Shown: positions 17,538 to 26,495, counted from the stretch's first letter. The stretch is 64,000 nt of DNA from Candidatus Woesebacteria bacterium (GCA_003484955.1 DMZH01000001.1:23848-87847), one strand, 5' to 3'. Made by a program: numbers and translations. Notes: generated from the letters alone by a model not told the origin.

Positions 17538-19733
17538 TTATATCTCAATCAAATCCTTTTCTGCACGCTTCAAAAGTACCGCGTTAGCGGCAACAATAAT
17601 AGATGAAATGCTCATTAAAAGCGCTGAAAATTCAGGCCTGAGGGTTATGCCGAATTTAGGATATAAAACTCCCGCCGCAATCGGAATGGCGAGTAAGTTG
17701 TAGACACTGGCCCAAACCAGGTTTTCCTTCATTTTTCTCACAGTGGCCTTTGAAAGTTTGATCGCCCGCAAAATATCGGCGGGATCCGATTTCATTAAAA
17801 CAACTTTTGCCGTCTCAATCGCAACATCGGTTCCCGCTCCTATTGCGATTCCTATATCGGCCTGCGCAAGGGCTGGAGCATCATTAACCCCGTCTCCAAC
17901 CATACCTGTAAATTTACCCTCTTTTTGCAGTTTTTTGACATAAAAGGCCTTATCTTCCGGCAGAACTTCGGAAAATATCCTATCGATACCGAGCTGCTTG
18001 CCAATTATTTCTCCCGTCCTTTTGTTATCCCCAGTAATCATAGCTATTTCCAACCCCAGTTCTTTCATGCGGGCAATAGCTTTCTTGGCATTTTTCTTAA
18101 TCGGATCGGAGGCGGCGGCAATTCCTGCAATCCTATTATCAACCGCCAAAATCATAATGGTTTTCCCTTCCGAGAGAAGCCGGTCGATGTCTTTTTGCAG
18201 AGGGCTTACATCGAGCTTACGGTCGTTCATTAGTTTTACTGTTCCGACCAATATCTCTCTACCGTCGACAACTGCTTCAACTCCGTGGCCGGCAAGATTT
18301 TTAAACTTCTCAATTTTAACGGGGATGGATATTTTTCTTCGTTTGGCTTCTTCCAAAACGGCCAGGCTCAGAGGGTGGGAGGACTTTGCCTCGGCTCCGG
18401 CATTAAGTCGGATTATTTGATCCTGAGTAAATCCTTTGACTGCGACAATATCTGTAATTTGAGGTTTTCCCTCAGTCAAAGTGCCGGTTTTGTCCAAAAC
18501 AATCGATTGCAATTTAGAAACCTGCTCAAGAGTTGGTGCATCCTTAATTAAAATATTATGTTTGGCCCCAAGCCCTGTACCGACCGCAACCGCGGTAGGT
18601 GTGGCAAGTCCCAAAGCGTCCGGACAGGCAATTACAACTGTAGAAATCGCGAAAGTTAAGGCAAAAAGAATTGGCTGCCCCAAAATGAAGAACCAAATTG
18701 CAAACGTTAAAAGTCCTCCCCCAACGGCAACAATCACTAAATACTGCGCAAATCGATCGGCAATCTTTTGTCCCGGCGCTTTTGAGTTCTGTGCGGTTTC
18801 CACAAGTTTAACAATCTGTGCAAGCGCAGTGTCTCCGCCAACCTTGGTGGCTTTAAACTTAACCGACCCCGAAGTATTAATTGAACCGCCAATTACTTTA
18901 TCGCCGATCCCTTTAACGACAGGCAAAGATTCCCCCGTTACCAACGACTCGTCGATAGCAGTTTCACCTTCAATGATTTCTCCGTCAACCGGTATCTTAT
19001 CTCCCGGCTTTAAGATTAAAATATCCCCGACTTTAATTTCTGATGTTGGGACAAGCTCTTCCCTGCCTCCGACAAGACGTCTGGCCTGAGGCGGAACCAG
19101 ATCAAATAAAGCCTGAAGGGCATCGGTGGTTCCACGGCGGGATTTCATTTCCATCCAGTGTCCGAAAAGAACAAATGTAATAAGAAGGGCAGCCGCTTCG
19201 TAATAAGAATCATTGCTTCCGATAAAAGTCAGAAGAACACTGAAAGAATATGCCGCCGTTATTCCGACGGCGATAAGAACGGCCATATTTAAGGTCTTTG
19301 CCTGAAGAGCCTTTACCGTTGAATAAAGAAAAATCCAGCCTGAATAGAAAAAGACCGGTGTTGTTAAGATTAGAGCAACCCAGGGATTTGGACGAATGAT
19401 GGAAAAATAAACAATCGGCAGTACAAAAATCAATGCAAAGAAAAACTTGTTTCTAATATCCTCCTCCATGAGAGCCGCCATTTCCCGCCCCGCGATTCCT
19501 CCGTGTTCCATACCCATGGCCATAGTCATCCCCATCTTTGTTTTTTCCCACCAAGCCATCTCTGTCACCGGTTTCATTTTGTGCATATCATGTCCGGCAT
19601 GTTCATTTTTTACCTCTTTCTTTTTACTTTTGACCTCTACCAATTCCATCCCGCACTTGGGGCAAGTTCCCGGTTCGTTCATCACAACATCCGGATGCAT
19701 AGGGCAAATATATTTATTCATTTCGTGTTTCAT
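17538..19733 (-). CDS. copA: Copper-translocating P1B-type ATPase
   Basis: YICPMHP...CPKCGM N-terminal domain, TGES, CPDALGLATP, DKTGT, SHPL, GDGVND, YN and MSISS TM ligands. Confidence 0.92.
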   Translation of the reverse strand: MKHEMNKYICPMHPDVVMNEPGTCPKCGMELVEVKSKKKEVKNEHAGHDMHKMKPVTEMAWWEKTKMGMTMAMGMEHGGIAGREMAALMEEDIRNKFFFALIFVLPIVYFSIIRPNPWVALILTTPVFFYSGWIFLYSTVKALQAKTLNMAVLIAVGITAAYSFSVLLTFIGSNDSYYEAAALLITFVLFGHWMEMKSRRGTTDALQALFDLVPPQARRLVGGREELVPTSEIKVGDILILKPGDKIPVDGEIIEGETAIDESLVTGESLPVVKGIGDKVIGGSINTSGSVKFKATKVGGDTALAQIVKLVETAQNSKAPGQKIADRFAQYLVIVAVGGGLLTFAIWFFILGQPILFALTFAISTVVIACPDALGLATPTAVAVGTGLGAKHNILIKDAPTLEQVSKLQSIVLDKTGTLTEGKPQITDIVAVKGFTQDQIIRLNAGAEAKSSHPLSLAVLEEAKRRKISIPVKIEKFKNLAGHGVEAVVDGREILVGTVKLMNDRKLDVSPLQKDIDRLLSEGKTIMILAVDNRIAGIAAASDPIKKNAKKAIARMKELGLEIAMITGDNKRTGEIIGKQLGIDRIFSEVLPEDKAFYVKKLQKEGKFTGMVGDGVNDAPALAQADIGIAIGAGTDVAIETAKVVLMKSDPADILRAIKLSKATVRKMKENLVWASVYNLLAIPIAAGVLYPKFGITLRPEFSALLMSISSIIVAANAVLLKRAEKDLIEI
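19604..19638. repeat. Degenerate 7-nt tandem repeat in the copA N-terminal linker
   Basis: CATTTTT TACCTCT TTCTTTT TACTTTT GACCTCT (encodes EVKSKKKEVKNE). Confidence 0.35.
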
Positions 19734-19802
19734 AATTATTTTACTAAGACTAAAACTCTCCAGTTAAATCCTATCACTTTCCACACACGCATTCCACGAC
19801 AG

Positions 19803-19964
19803 TTATTTGATGTATTTTTCGGGGTTCATGTCAAAACGGTCCTTGCAACTTTCAGAGCAGAAAAAATACGCTTTATCTTTGTATTCCACCTCGTATTTTG
19901 TTTTCTCTGGAAGTTCCATTCCACAGACCAAATCCAATAATAAAGATTGTACAGATTTTGACAT
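19803..19964 (-). CDS. YHS domain protein (53 aa, absent from the ORF track)
   Basis: MSKSVQSLLLDLVCGMELPEKTKYEVEYKDKAYFFCSESCKDRFDMNPEKYIK*; TAATG overlap with the csoR stop. Confidence 0.85.
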   Translation of the reverse strand: MSKSVQSLLLDLVCGMELPEKTKYEVEYKDKAYFFCSESCKDRFDMNPEKYIK

Positions 19965-20230
19965 TATCTTCTTTTAAATACTTTCAGCAGTTCGTCTACC
20001 GCCTTTTTCTTATTGCTTTTGAATTGTTCCGAAACATGAATCGTAAGATGTCTTTCCAAAATTAGGCCGTCCAGACTTTTAAGAGAATTTTGAATTGCCA
20101 GGCTTTGGTCAAGGATGTCCGTACAATATTGATCCTGATCGATCATTTTATTAAGGCCGTCCAACTGCCCTTTAATAATATTGATACGTTTTTCCGCAGA
20201 GGCCTTGTTTTCGTCTCGAAGATGTTTCAT
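19964..20230 (-). CDS. csoR: Metal-sensing transcriptional repressor, CsoR/RcnR family
   Basis: RINIIKGQLDGL..MI...YC.DIL.Q..A...L...HL..H. Confidence 0.9.
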   Translation of the reverse strand: MKHLRDENKASAEKRINIIKGQLDGLNKMIDQDQYCTDILDQSLAIQNSLKSLDGLILERHLTIHVSEQFKSNKKKAVDELLKVFKRR

Positions 20231-20237
20231 GAGTTAT

Positions 20238-20267
20238 ACTCTATACCCGTGGGGGGGTATATGTCAA
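20238..20267 (-). promoter_or_regulatory. Sigma70 promoter with CsoR-type operator
   Basis: TTGACA (20267-62), 18-nt spacer, TAGAGT (20243-38); inverted repeat TATACCC-GTGGGG-GGGTATA (20242-20261) with a G/C tract fills the spacer. Confidence 0.85.
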
Positions 20268-20282
20268 GCGTTAAGCTTTATT

Positions 20283-21185
20283 TTAAGCTCCACAACTTCC
20301 TCCGGTCGGCTGTCCCGGCAGCGGCCCAACTATGCTTTGAAGCCTTTGGGCACCCGTCGCTGAAGAGAAATCTTTCCCTAAAACTTTTTTGGCATCAACC
20401 TTGTCCCACGAAATATTCTGACGATCAAAATAAATTGCCGCTGTCAAATAATTATCCGGGAACCAGAAAGAGTTTAGTTTAAGTATGTTGCGATAAATCT
20501 CATCGTCGGACAGATTTTTTGCAACCATCATCTCAATTGCGCCGAGAGCAGCCATTCCATGATTACAATCGGGGAACCATGTGGGATTATCACAGCAAGG
20601 CCTATAAATATTCTGGGCTATGTCCGCAACTCTTTTTTGCTGATCGGGGGTGAGTGCTATCAGATTAAATTTATTTAAATACTTTGTCGCATCCCCCTTG
20701 GCTAAAGTCCAGCCTCCTGTAGAGGCGAAGTTGCCTTCCTGGCCCTTATATTCATTTCCAAAAGGCCCGTCCGTATAAATAATTGATTTTTGTGCCAAAC
20801 CTATTGCCCAAAGAAGATCGACCACAAACTGCGAATTTTCCGAATTAATTGTAACAGGCGCGTCTGTACCTCCCTCAAGAATTTTCTTCTGCTCGGGAGT
20901 TGCCTGAACGGCCTCTTCAAATTTTGCCTGGTCTATTACTCCGGCCTCAACAAGCTCCTTACCCAAGTCTCCCCATGAAATTGGAAGCGTAAAGCCTTCT
21001 TTTGGAGTAACCGCATCGGCGAGAGCCTGAAACGCTGTTCTTTCTTTGGCATTTTTCTTTGCTGTCTGATAATCTTTTATCCCAGTTAAAAATTTTGGAG
21101 AACTCATTCCAAGTACAAGCCCTCCCATTCCCACTGCCAAAAACAGCAGCACCAGTACAACTATAAATAAAATATTTTTCTTCAT
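20283..21185 (-). CDS. Membrane-anchored Cys-motif protein of unknown function
   Basis: TM anchor; YRPCCDNPTWFPDCNHGMA; C-terminal GGSCGA. Confidence 0.75.
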   Translation of the reverse strand: MKKNILFIVVLVLLFLAVGMGGLVLGMSSPKFLTGIKDYQTAKKNAKERTAFQALADAVTPKEGFTLPISWGDLGKELVEAGVIDQAKFEEAVQATPEQKKILEGGTDAPVTINSENSQFVVDLLWAIGLAQKSIIYTDGPFGNEYKGQEGNFASTGGWTLAKGDATKYLNKFNLIALTPDQQKRVADIAQNIYRPCCDNPTWFPDCNHGMAALGAIEMMVAKNLSDDEIYRNILKLNSFWFPDNYLTAAIYFDRQNISWDKVDAKKVLGKDFSSATGAQRLQSIVGPLPGQPTGGSCGA

Positions 21186-21718
21186 ATGAAAAAGTTTATC
21201 AAAATATAAATCACAAGGCTTAATACTACCATACTTCCCAAACTAAAAACTACCCTTTGATATGGAAAGTAAACTTTTCCGGCTCTTTTGATTAAAAAAT
21301 TATCACCAATATCAACCAAGTAGAATAAAATAGCTCCTGCAAGCATTCCAAAAGTAAGCTTATCCAATCCAAAAATCTGAGTCATTCGGATGACAAGCTG
21401 GAATTTATAAAATGACCATATGGTTGAAGCAAAAACAAGAATATATATGGCGGGCTTTAATATTTTTTTATATTTTTCAACCTGCTTGATTTTTTTTGAG
21501 ATCAACCAGGAATATAACCAAAAGCTACTTGAGCCGAGAAGTGTGGCTATCCACACACCGGTAATAGAATCATCTATTCCGACCCATCTGGTTAATGTCA
21601 CCCCCGCTGCCGCACCGGCAACACAAAGCGGACAATGAGCCGAAACCGACGAGGGTGTTGCGATGAAATTCACCGTAAACAGGGAGAATAAAGTAACCAG
21701 GAGAATCTTCAGTTTCAT
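21182..21718 (-). CDS. Membrane protein with HCPLC motif
   Basis: Signal-like N-terminus, then AHCPLCVAGAAAG and ~4 TMs; ATGA overlaps. Confidence 0.75.
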   Translation of the reverse strand: MKLKILLVTLFSLFTVNFIATPSSVSAHCPLCVAGAAAGVTLTRWVGIDDSITGVWIATLLGSSSFWLYSWLISKKIKQVEKYKKILKPAIYILVFASTIWSFYKFQLVIRMTQIFGLDKLTFGMLAGAILFYLVDIGDNFLIKRAGKVYFPYQRVVFSLGSMVVLSLVIYILINFFI

Positions 21719-22239
21719 TTGACTACCTCCCCGTCAAACTCCAGTATTTTGTAACCGACATCAAAGAAAATCATTATGACTCTGTCAACTGCGCCAATCC
21801 CTTGCGGGCCATGGGCTGCCGGATCAAATTCAAAGATAACCTGAGCAGTCTCTCCGGCGGGAAGATCGAAATCAAGCAAGGGATTAAGATCCCCATTCAT
21901 CTCCATCCCATAAAACTTTGTTTCCTTATTGCCCAATTTTACTTTTGCCACCGTACACATACAGGAGGTTGTTATTTTTCTGAGTTTTATGGCGGAGGTT
22001 GAGGTGTTTTTTATATCAAAACTTTTCGAAATTATTCCGCCTCTGTACGGCACTTTACCCAAATCAATCCTCCCTGACGGGCTAGCCTCCAAATTCGCCG
22101 CTTCGACATTGTTTATATAACTGTCTTTTCCATTACTGTTACTGCCACTGGAAGCCCTGGTCATTAAAAACGCGAATCCTCCAACCAGGAGTATCGTTCC
22201 TACAATTATGGCCAAAATAGTCTTACCTTCTTTTGTCAT
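21715..22239 (-). CDS. DUF1573 domain membrane-anchored protein
   Basis: DLGKV...F.IKN...ITTSCMCT...FDPAAHG. Confidence 0.75.
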   Translation of the reverse strand: MTKEGKTILAIIVGTILLVGGFAFLMTRASSGSNSNGKDSYINNVEAANLEASPSGRIDLGKVPYRGGIISKSFDIKNTSTSAIKLRKITTSCMCTVAKVKLGNKETKFYGMEMNGDLNPLLDFDLPAGETAQVIFEFDPAAHGPQGIGAVDRVIMIFFDVGYKILEFDGEVVK

Positions 22240-22277
22240 TTATTTTGCGATGCCTCACTGCCGTGGTTATTTTTCAT
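22236..22277 (-). CDS. Putative leaderless 13-aa upstream ORF (MKNNHGSEASQNK)
   Basis: ATG 6 nt after the -10 box; its TGA overlaps the ATG of the DUF1573 gene (ATGA). Confidence 0.4.
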   Translation of the reverse strand: MKNNHGSEASQNK

Positions 22278-22283
22278 ATGTAT

Positions 22284-22312
22284 ACCCTAACGTCCCGTAA
22301 GACACATGTCAA
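22284..22312 (-). promoter_or_regulatory. Sigma70 promoter
   Basis: TTGACA (22312-07), 17-nt spacer, TAGGGT (22289-84). Confidence 0.65.
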
Positions 22313-22347
22313 GTATTAAATCCGCGGGCCAACATTTTGTAATTAAG

Positions 22348-23382
22348 TCAACCCATGACTTTTTCAGCTCCGGGGATTTTGTGAACAAGATAAGAAAGAC
22401 CAAACGATAGCGATGTAACTACACCGAAAAATAACGGGTCAAAAAGAAACTTTCCGGCAACGTCAGAACCCAGTAAATTAAATAAAGATTTAGCAAAGGC
22501 CGTCCAGACACCTTCCAAAACGGCAACATGAACAAAAAATACAAAAAAGGAATGCTTGGAAAATCTTTCGATAATTGAGTTTCTGTTTTTTGTGTTTTCA
22601 AAAAAATAATAAAGCGTCAAACCAATTGAGATTGTGTACAGAAAAGTACTTGGACGCCACTGCGAGTAGTAGGAAAGATAGTTTCCGGTTGCCAGGAACC
22701 GGGTTCTCCCCTCCCAAAAAACAAATAGACCAAGAAGTGCCGTAATTACAGGTAATATATGTTTCCATTTATTTACAAAAATATTAATTTTTTCTTTGTT
22801 TCTGGCAGAAACAATACCGATGATAAAAAAGAAGTATGCCAAAATTGCAATGTGCAATGGATCCGGAAACTTGAATTCGGCCACACCATAATCAAGATAC
22901 AAAAGATAGATTTGCAAACTTCCCAGAAATATCAAAACCGGTAGTTTAGTAAAATATTTATACAATTTATGCAAAAGTGGAAATACCATGTAAAAAATAC
23001 AAAGGGTCGGAATAAAATATAATTGATAAGATGCGTTACCAGTTAAAATAACGCGAAGAAAATTATCGTCATTACTACTGTAGATAAACAAATAATATAT
23101 AAGGCTCCAGACTGCGTAAGGAATAAATATCTTTGAAAAACGCTTTTTGATAAACGACCAATAATCGGTCCCTTCTTTGTAGTTTAGTTCCAAAACAAAA
23201 CCCGAGAGGGTAAAGAAAAGAGGAACCGCAAAACGGGCAATTTGATTTAAGAAAAGCGTCCAGGAAAACCCAATAATATTAAACTTTGACGCCTCCAGTG
23301 TGCGTGTTGTTGTGTGGATAAGAAGTACCGCCAAGATTGCGATCGTTCTTAGCGAATCCAGGGATTTAATACGTTCTTTCAT
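22348..23382 (-). CDS. Acyltransferase family 3 membrane protein
   Basis: SLDSLRTIAILAVLLIH, RFAVPLFFTLSG, YQLYFI, SF.VFFVH. Confidence 0.9.
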   Translation of the reverse strand: MKERIKSLDSLRTIAILAVLLIHTTTRTLEASKFNIIGFSWTLFLNQIARFAVPLFFTLSGFVLELNYKEGTDYWSFIKKRFSKIFIPYAVWSLIYYLFIYSSNDDNFLRVILTGNASYQLYFIPTLCIFYMVFPLLHKLYKYFTKLPVLIFLGSLQIYLLYLDYGVAEFKFPDPLHIAILAYFFFIIGIVSARNKEKINIFVNKWKHILPVITALLGLFVFWEGRTRFLATGNYLSYYSQWRPSTFLYTISIGLTLYYFFENTKNRNSIIERFSKHSFFVFFVHVAVLEGVWTAFAKSLFNLLGSDVAGKFLFDPLFFGVVTSLSFGLSYLVHKIPGAEKVMG

Positions 23383-23390
23383 TGGGGGAA

Positions 23391-24404
23391 TTATTTCAGA
23401 TAGAGGTCAAAAAAGTCAATTGTCCTTTTCATAGCCAAGGTAAAACTTTGGTTGATATCGTGATTGTTGCCCGGATACTCGAAATACTCAACATTTTTTC
23501 CGACAGCTTTCAGTTTGTTATAAAGATTTTTTGAAAAATCCGATGGTACCTGTGAGTCGGCAAGGCCGACTTCAATCTGGACAGGCGTTTTAATATCAGA
23601 AAGATATGTGAATGGATCAATTGAATTCCAAAAGGCAGGGTTTTCGGCAGGGGTTTTGAAAGTTTTAATTAAAAAATCCCTGTTTTGATTGCGAAGCCGG
23701 AGATCCTCAGCGTCAGGTTTATATGAAACTTTATCTTGCCAGTTAAACATTAAATCGCTATATGGTGCCACAACACCAGCCCAAATTGAAGCCGCTTTAA
23801 TATCTGTCCTGTTTATAACCAGATCTTTTAAAGTAATGTAACCGCCCATTGAATGTCCCCAAACACCGATTTTGTTTGGATCGGCAAGGGTGTATTTTCT
23901 GATTGAGGAGATAGCATTAAGGTCGTCAATTATATAGTCGGGTGAGAAATATGAACTTGTTGGCTCCCCTTCACTTTTTCCGTTACCGCGATAGTTTGGT
24001 TTAAAGACAATGTAACCATTTTTGGCAAACGCGTCAGCATAGGCAATATAGTTTCCATCCGGAGTGTATCTTTCGGGAATTATGTAGCCATGGTTTAGGA
24101 TAATTACAGGCCAGCCTTCTGCGGGTTTTACTCCATTCGGCACAAAAAGAAGTGCATAAAGCTTCAAGCCATCAGATCTGTAGGAAACAATATAGCGGCT
24201 ATAGGTCTTTTCGGGAGACAAGGTCTCTTCAATGGTAATATTGCTTCCGGGATAATCCCTTTGGCGCATAGACTCAACACTAAGAGGATTTGATAAGTTT
24301 CTGATGGCAGTTTGAACGGAAACGCTTATATTGGGCCGAAAAAAGCCAATAATAATTGCCAGTACTGCTATAAAATTGGAAACTATAGTTTGGACAGTGT
24401 TCAC
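23391..24404 (-). CDS. Alpha/beta hydrolase, peptidase S9-like
   Basis: HGY, PNYRGNG, nucleophile GHSMGG, D..V, YPG.NH; GTG 6 nt after TATAAT. Confidence 0.85.
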   Translation of the reverse strand: MNTVQTIVSNFIAVLAIIIGFFRPNISVSVQTAIRNLSNPLSVESMRQRDYPGSNITIEETLSPEKTYSRYIVSYRSDGLKLYALLFVPNGVKPAEGWPVIILNHGYIIPERYTPDGNYIAYADAFAKNGYIVFKPNYRGNGKSEGEPTSSYFSPDYIIDDLNAISSIRKYTLADPNKIGVWGHSMGGYITLKDLVINRTDIKAASIWAGVVAPYSDLMFNWQDKVSYKPDAEDLRLRNQNRDFLIKTFKTPAENPAFWNSIDPFTYLSDIKTPVQIEVGLADSQVPSDFSKNLYNKLKAVGKNVEYFEYPGNNHDINQSFTLAMKRTIDFFDLYLK

Positions 24405-24426
24405 TTTTCAATTATAACCGCCTAAT

Positions 24427-25281
24427 CTAAAAATTCGAAATGTTGTCCTTTTTGTAAACTCCGAAGCCCTGAGAGATAGTCTCCCCATTAGAAGCCGTAA
24501 CGCCATCCTGATGAAATACCTGTTCGTACCGAAAACCCGGTAGGTCTTTAACTTTTCTGTCATGTAAAACTGTTTGAACATCGGACGGATCCGCCTTTAT
24601 CTCTTTATCCACTCTTGTAATAAAAAGCTCATCGAGTACGTCTGCGTTAAGAAGTATCTGGAGAACTCTTGGACCTGTCGTCATTTTTATAACTTTATAT
24701 TTTCCATTATCGGTTAAATAATTAAGCACCACTCTACCGTCTACACCCTCTTTGCCGGCAGGAACTACCGCCGCGCCGCTTTTCCTATATTCTTTTGCTT
24801 TTTCTGAGGCGGAACCGTCAAAAGTTGTAAAAATTATTACTTTCCTGTCATCCGCAAAGGCGGCTGATGGAATTTCAAAATCCAAACTTCTACTGACAAC
24901 AACAATGTCAGGATTTCTTTTAAGACCGTTTCCGACTCTCCACTGGCCTAATGAAGCAAACTGTCCTCCTTCTGAAAATTGATCAATTACATTCTGTGTT
25001 TTTTCACCCAAGGACGCATATCTTTTCAGATATCCCGCCCCTGTAATTATTACGTCCGCCTGGGCCGTAAGTTCCTGAAAAAGTCTCCAATCTGAAGCAT
25101 TTTTGAGTTCCGGAGCCACCTGGAATTCTCCATTTTCACTCTTTTTGGCAATTACATCATTTTTATCACAGATATAATTAGCAATCACCAATGGTCTGCC
25201 TATTTTTTTTGCCAAACCCTGCAGATCAAACTCAAGGTATATGCCTTCAATTTCTTTGACTTTTTGTTCCATTTCTTTCAT
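24427..25281 (-). CDS. RibD C-terminal / dihydrofolate-reductase-fold protein
   Basis: DWRLFQELTAQADVIITGAGY, IVVVSRSLD, TTGPRV...LDELFIT. Confidence 0.75.
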   Translation of the reverse strand: MKEMEQKVKEIEGIYLEFDLQGLAKKIGRPLVIANYICDKNDVIAKKSENGEFQVAPELKNASDWRLFQELTAQADVIITGAGYLKRYASLGEKTQNVIDQFSEGGQFASLGQWRVGNGLKRNPDIVVVSRSLDFEIPSAAFADDRKVIIFTTFDGSASEKAKEYRKSGAAVVPAGKEGVDGRVVLNYLTDNGKYKVIKMTTGPRVLQILLNADVLDELFITRVDKEIKADPSDVQTVLHDRKVKDLPGFRYEQVFHQDGVTASNGETISQGFGVYKKDNISNF

Positions 25282-25359
25282 TTTATTAAATTTCTTTTTT
25301 CATTCTATCAAATTCTTTCTCTGAAAAAGTACGCATTTTCAAACTGAAGAGGTTAAATA

Positions 25360-26046
25360 ATGTATACTGAACCTGCTTTGCAAATTAGCAGAATACTATA
25401 CTATGCAGGGGGAAAGCTTGTGAAAGCTTATTCCAAGCTTATGTTTAGAATGAGTGTTAATTCACACTCGTTGATCCCAACAGGAGCCAAAATTATCGTT
25501 GCCAACCATCCCACCACAACCGACCCTTTTATCTTAACCTCAATTTCTAACGGACAAGCAGCAGTTCTTATTAAAGATGTTCTTTTTGATGTTCCGGTAT
25601 TCGGAAAATATTTGCAAATGGCGGGACACATTCCCGTCAGAACAGGCATGGGAAGAGAAGCTTTTGAGAGAGCTCTTACACTTCTGAAAAGAGGTATTAC
25701 CGTTATCGTTTTCATAGAGGGAGATTTGAGTAAATTTATTCATAAAATCGGAAAACCAAGGACCGGCGCAATTAGACTGGCTATGGCCTCCGGAAAACCC
25801 ATCATACCGATAGGAATAAGTGTCAAAAACAAAAACATAAAATCTATCAAGTCAGTTATTAAAGGGGTACATGAATTGGGAAAATGGTATTTGAACGGCC
25901 CTTACGCATTAACAATAGGAAAATCTATCAGTCTCAAGGGTGATGCAGGCAATAGAACCCGGATTAAAAATCTTTCGAGCTGGTTGAGAAGAAAAATTTC
26001 AGGACTCGAAAAAGAAGGTGCTCTAAGATTGAACTTAAAAACATGA
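25360..26046 (+). CDS. plsC: Lysophospholipid (1-acyl-sn-glycerol-3-phosphate) acyltransferase family
   Basis: NHPTTTD (HX4D), GHIPVR, VFIEG, TGAIRLA...PIIPIGI. Confidence 0.8.
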   Translation: MYTEPALQISRILYYAGGKLVKAYSKLMFRMSVNSHSLIPTGAKIIVANHPTTTDPFILTSISNGQAAVLIKDVLFDVPVFGKYLQMAGHIPVRTGMGREAFERALTLLKRGITVIVFIEGDLSKFIHKIGKPRTGAIRLAMASGKPIIPIGISVKNKNIKSIKSVIKGVHELGKWYLNGPYALTIGKSISLKGDAGNRTRIKNLSSWLRRKISGLEKEGALRLNLKT

Positions 26047-26495
26047 AGGCAACTGATTTCACTCTTCTTGACCAAAACGGCAGAGAACATTCCCTTTCCG
26101 ACCACAGGGGAAAGTGGGTCGTTCTGTATTTCTATCCGAAGGACGATACACCGGGTTGTACAAAAGAAGCTTGCACTTTTAGAGATTCGTTTCACGAACT
26201 ACAAAAGATGGGTGTCCAGATCCTTGGAATCTCCAAAGATTCTGTGGCCTCTCACAAGAAATTTGCAGAAAAACATAATTTGAATTTTCCAATTTTGAGC
26301 GATGAGTCCAAAGAAGTTATTAAAGTCTACAAATCTTGGGGCAGGAAAAAATTTATGGGTAGAGAATTTGAAGGAACCATCAGAAATACTTACCTAATAG
26401 ACCCAACTAGTGAGGTGGTAAAGTTCTATGAAAAAGTAAATCCCCTGACTCACGCTTCGGAAATTATTTCGGATATAAAGGATGTGCAAAAATAA
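26043..26495 (+). CDS. bcp: Thioredoxin-dependent peroxiredoxin Bcp/PrxQ
   Basis: YFYPKDDTPGCTKEAC, R.TYLID. Confidence 0.95.
   Translation: MKATDFTLLDQNGREHSLSDHRGKWVVLYFYPKDDTPGCTKEACTFRDSFHELQKMGVQILGISKDSVASHKKFAEKHNLNFPILSDESKEVIKVYKSWGRKKFMGREFEGTIRNTYLIDPTSEVVKFYEKVNPLTHASEIISDIKDVQK

Noticed and set aside
17743-19089. Long plus-strand ORFs opposite copA (e.g. 18481-19089)
   Set aside because: Antisense shadows of a well-supported gene, with no protein motifs
8194-22260. 13-bp direct repeat CGATGCCTCACTG at 8194 and 22248, roughly flanking the metal island (possible att sites)
   Set aside because: One copy lies inside sodA coding sequence, some 13-mer matches are expected by chance in 64 kb, and no integrase is present
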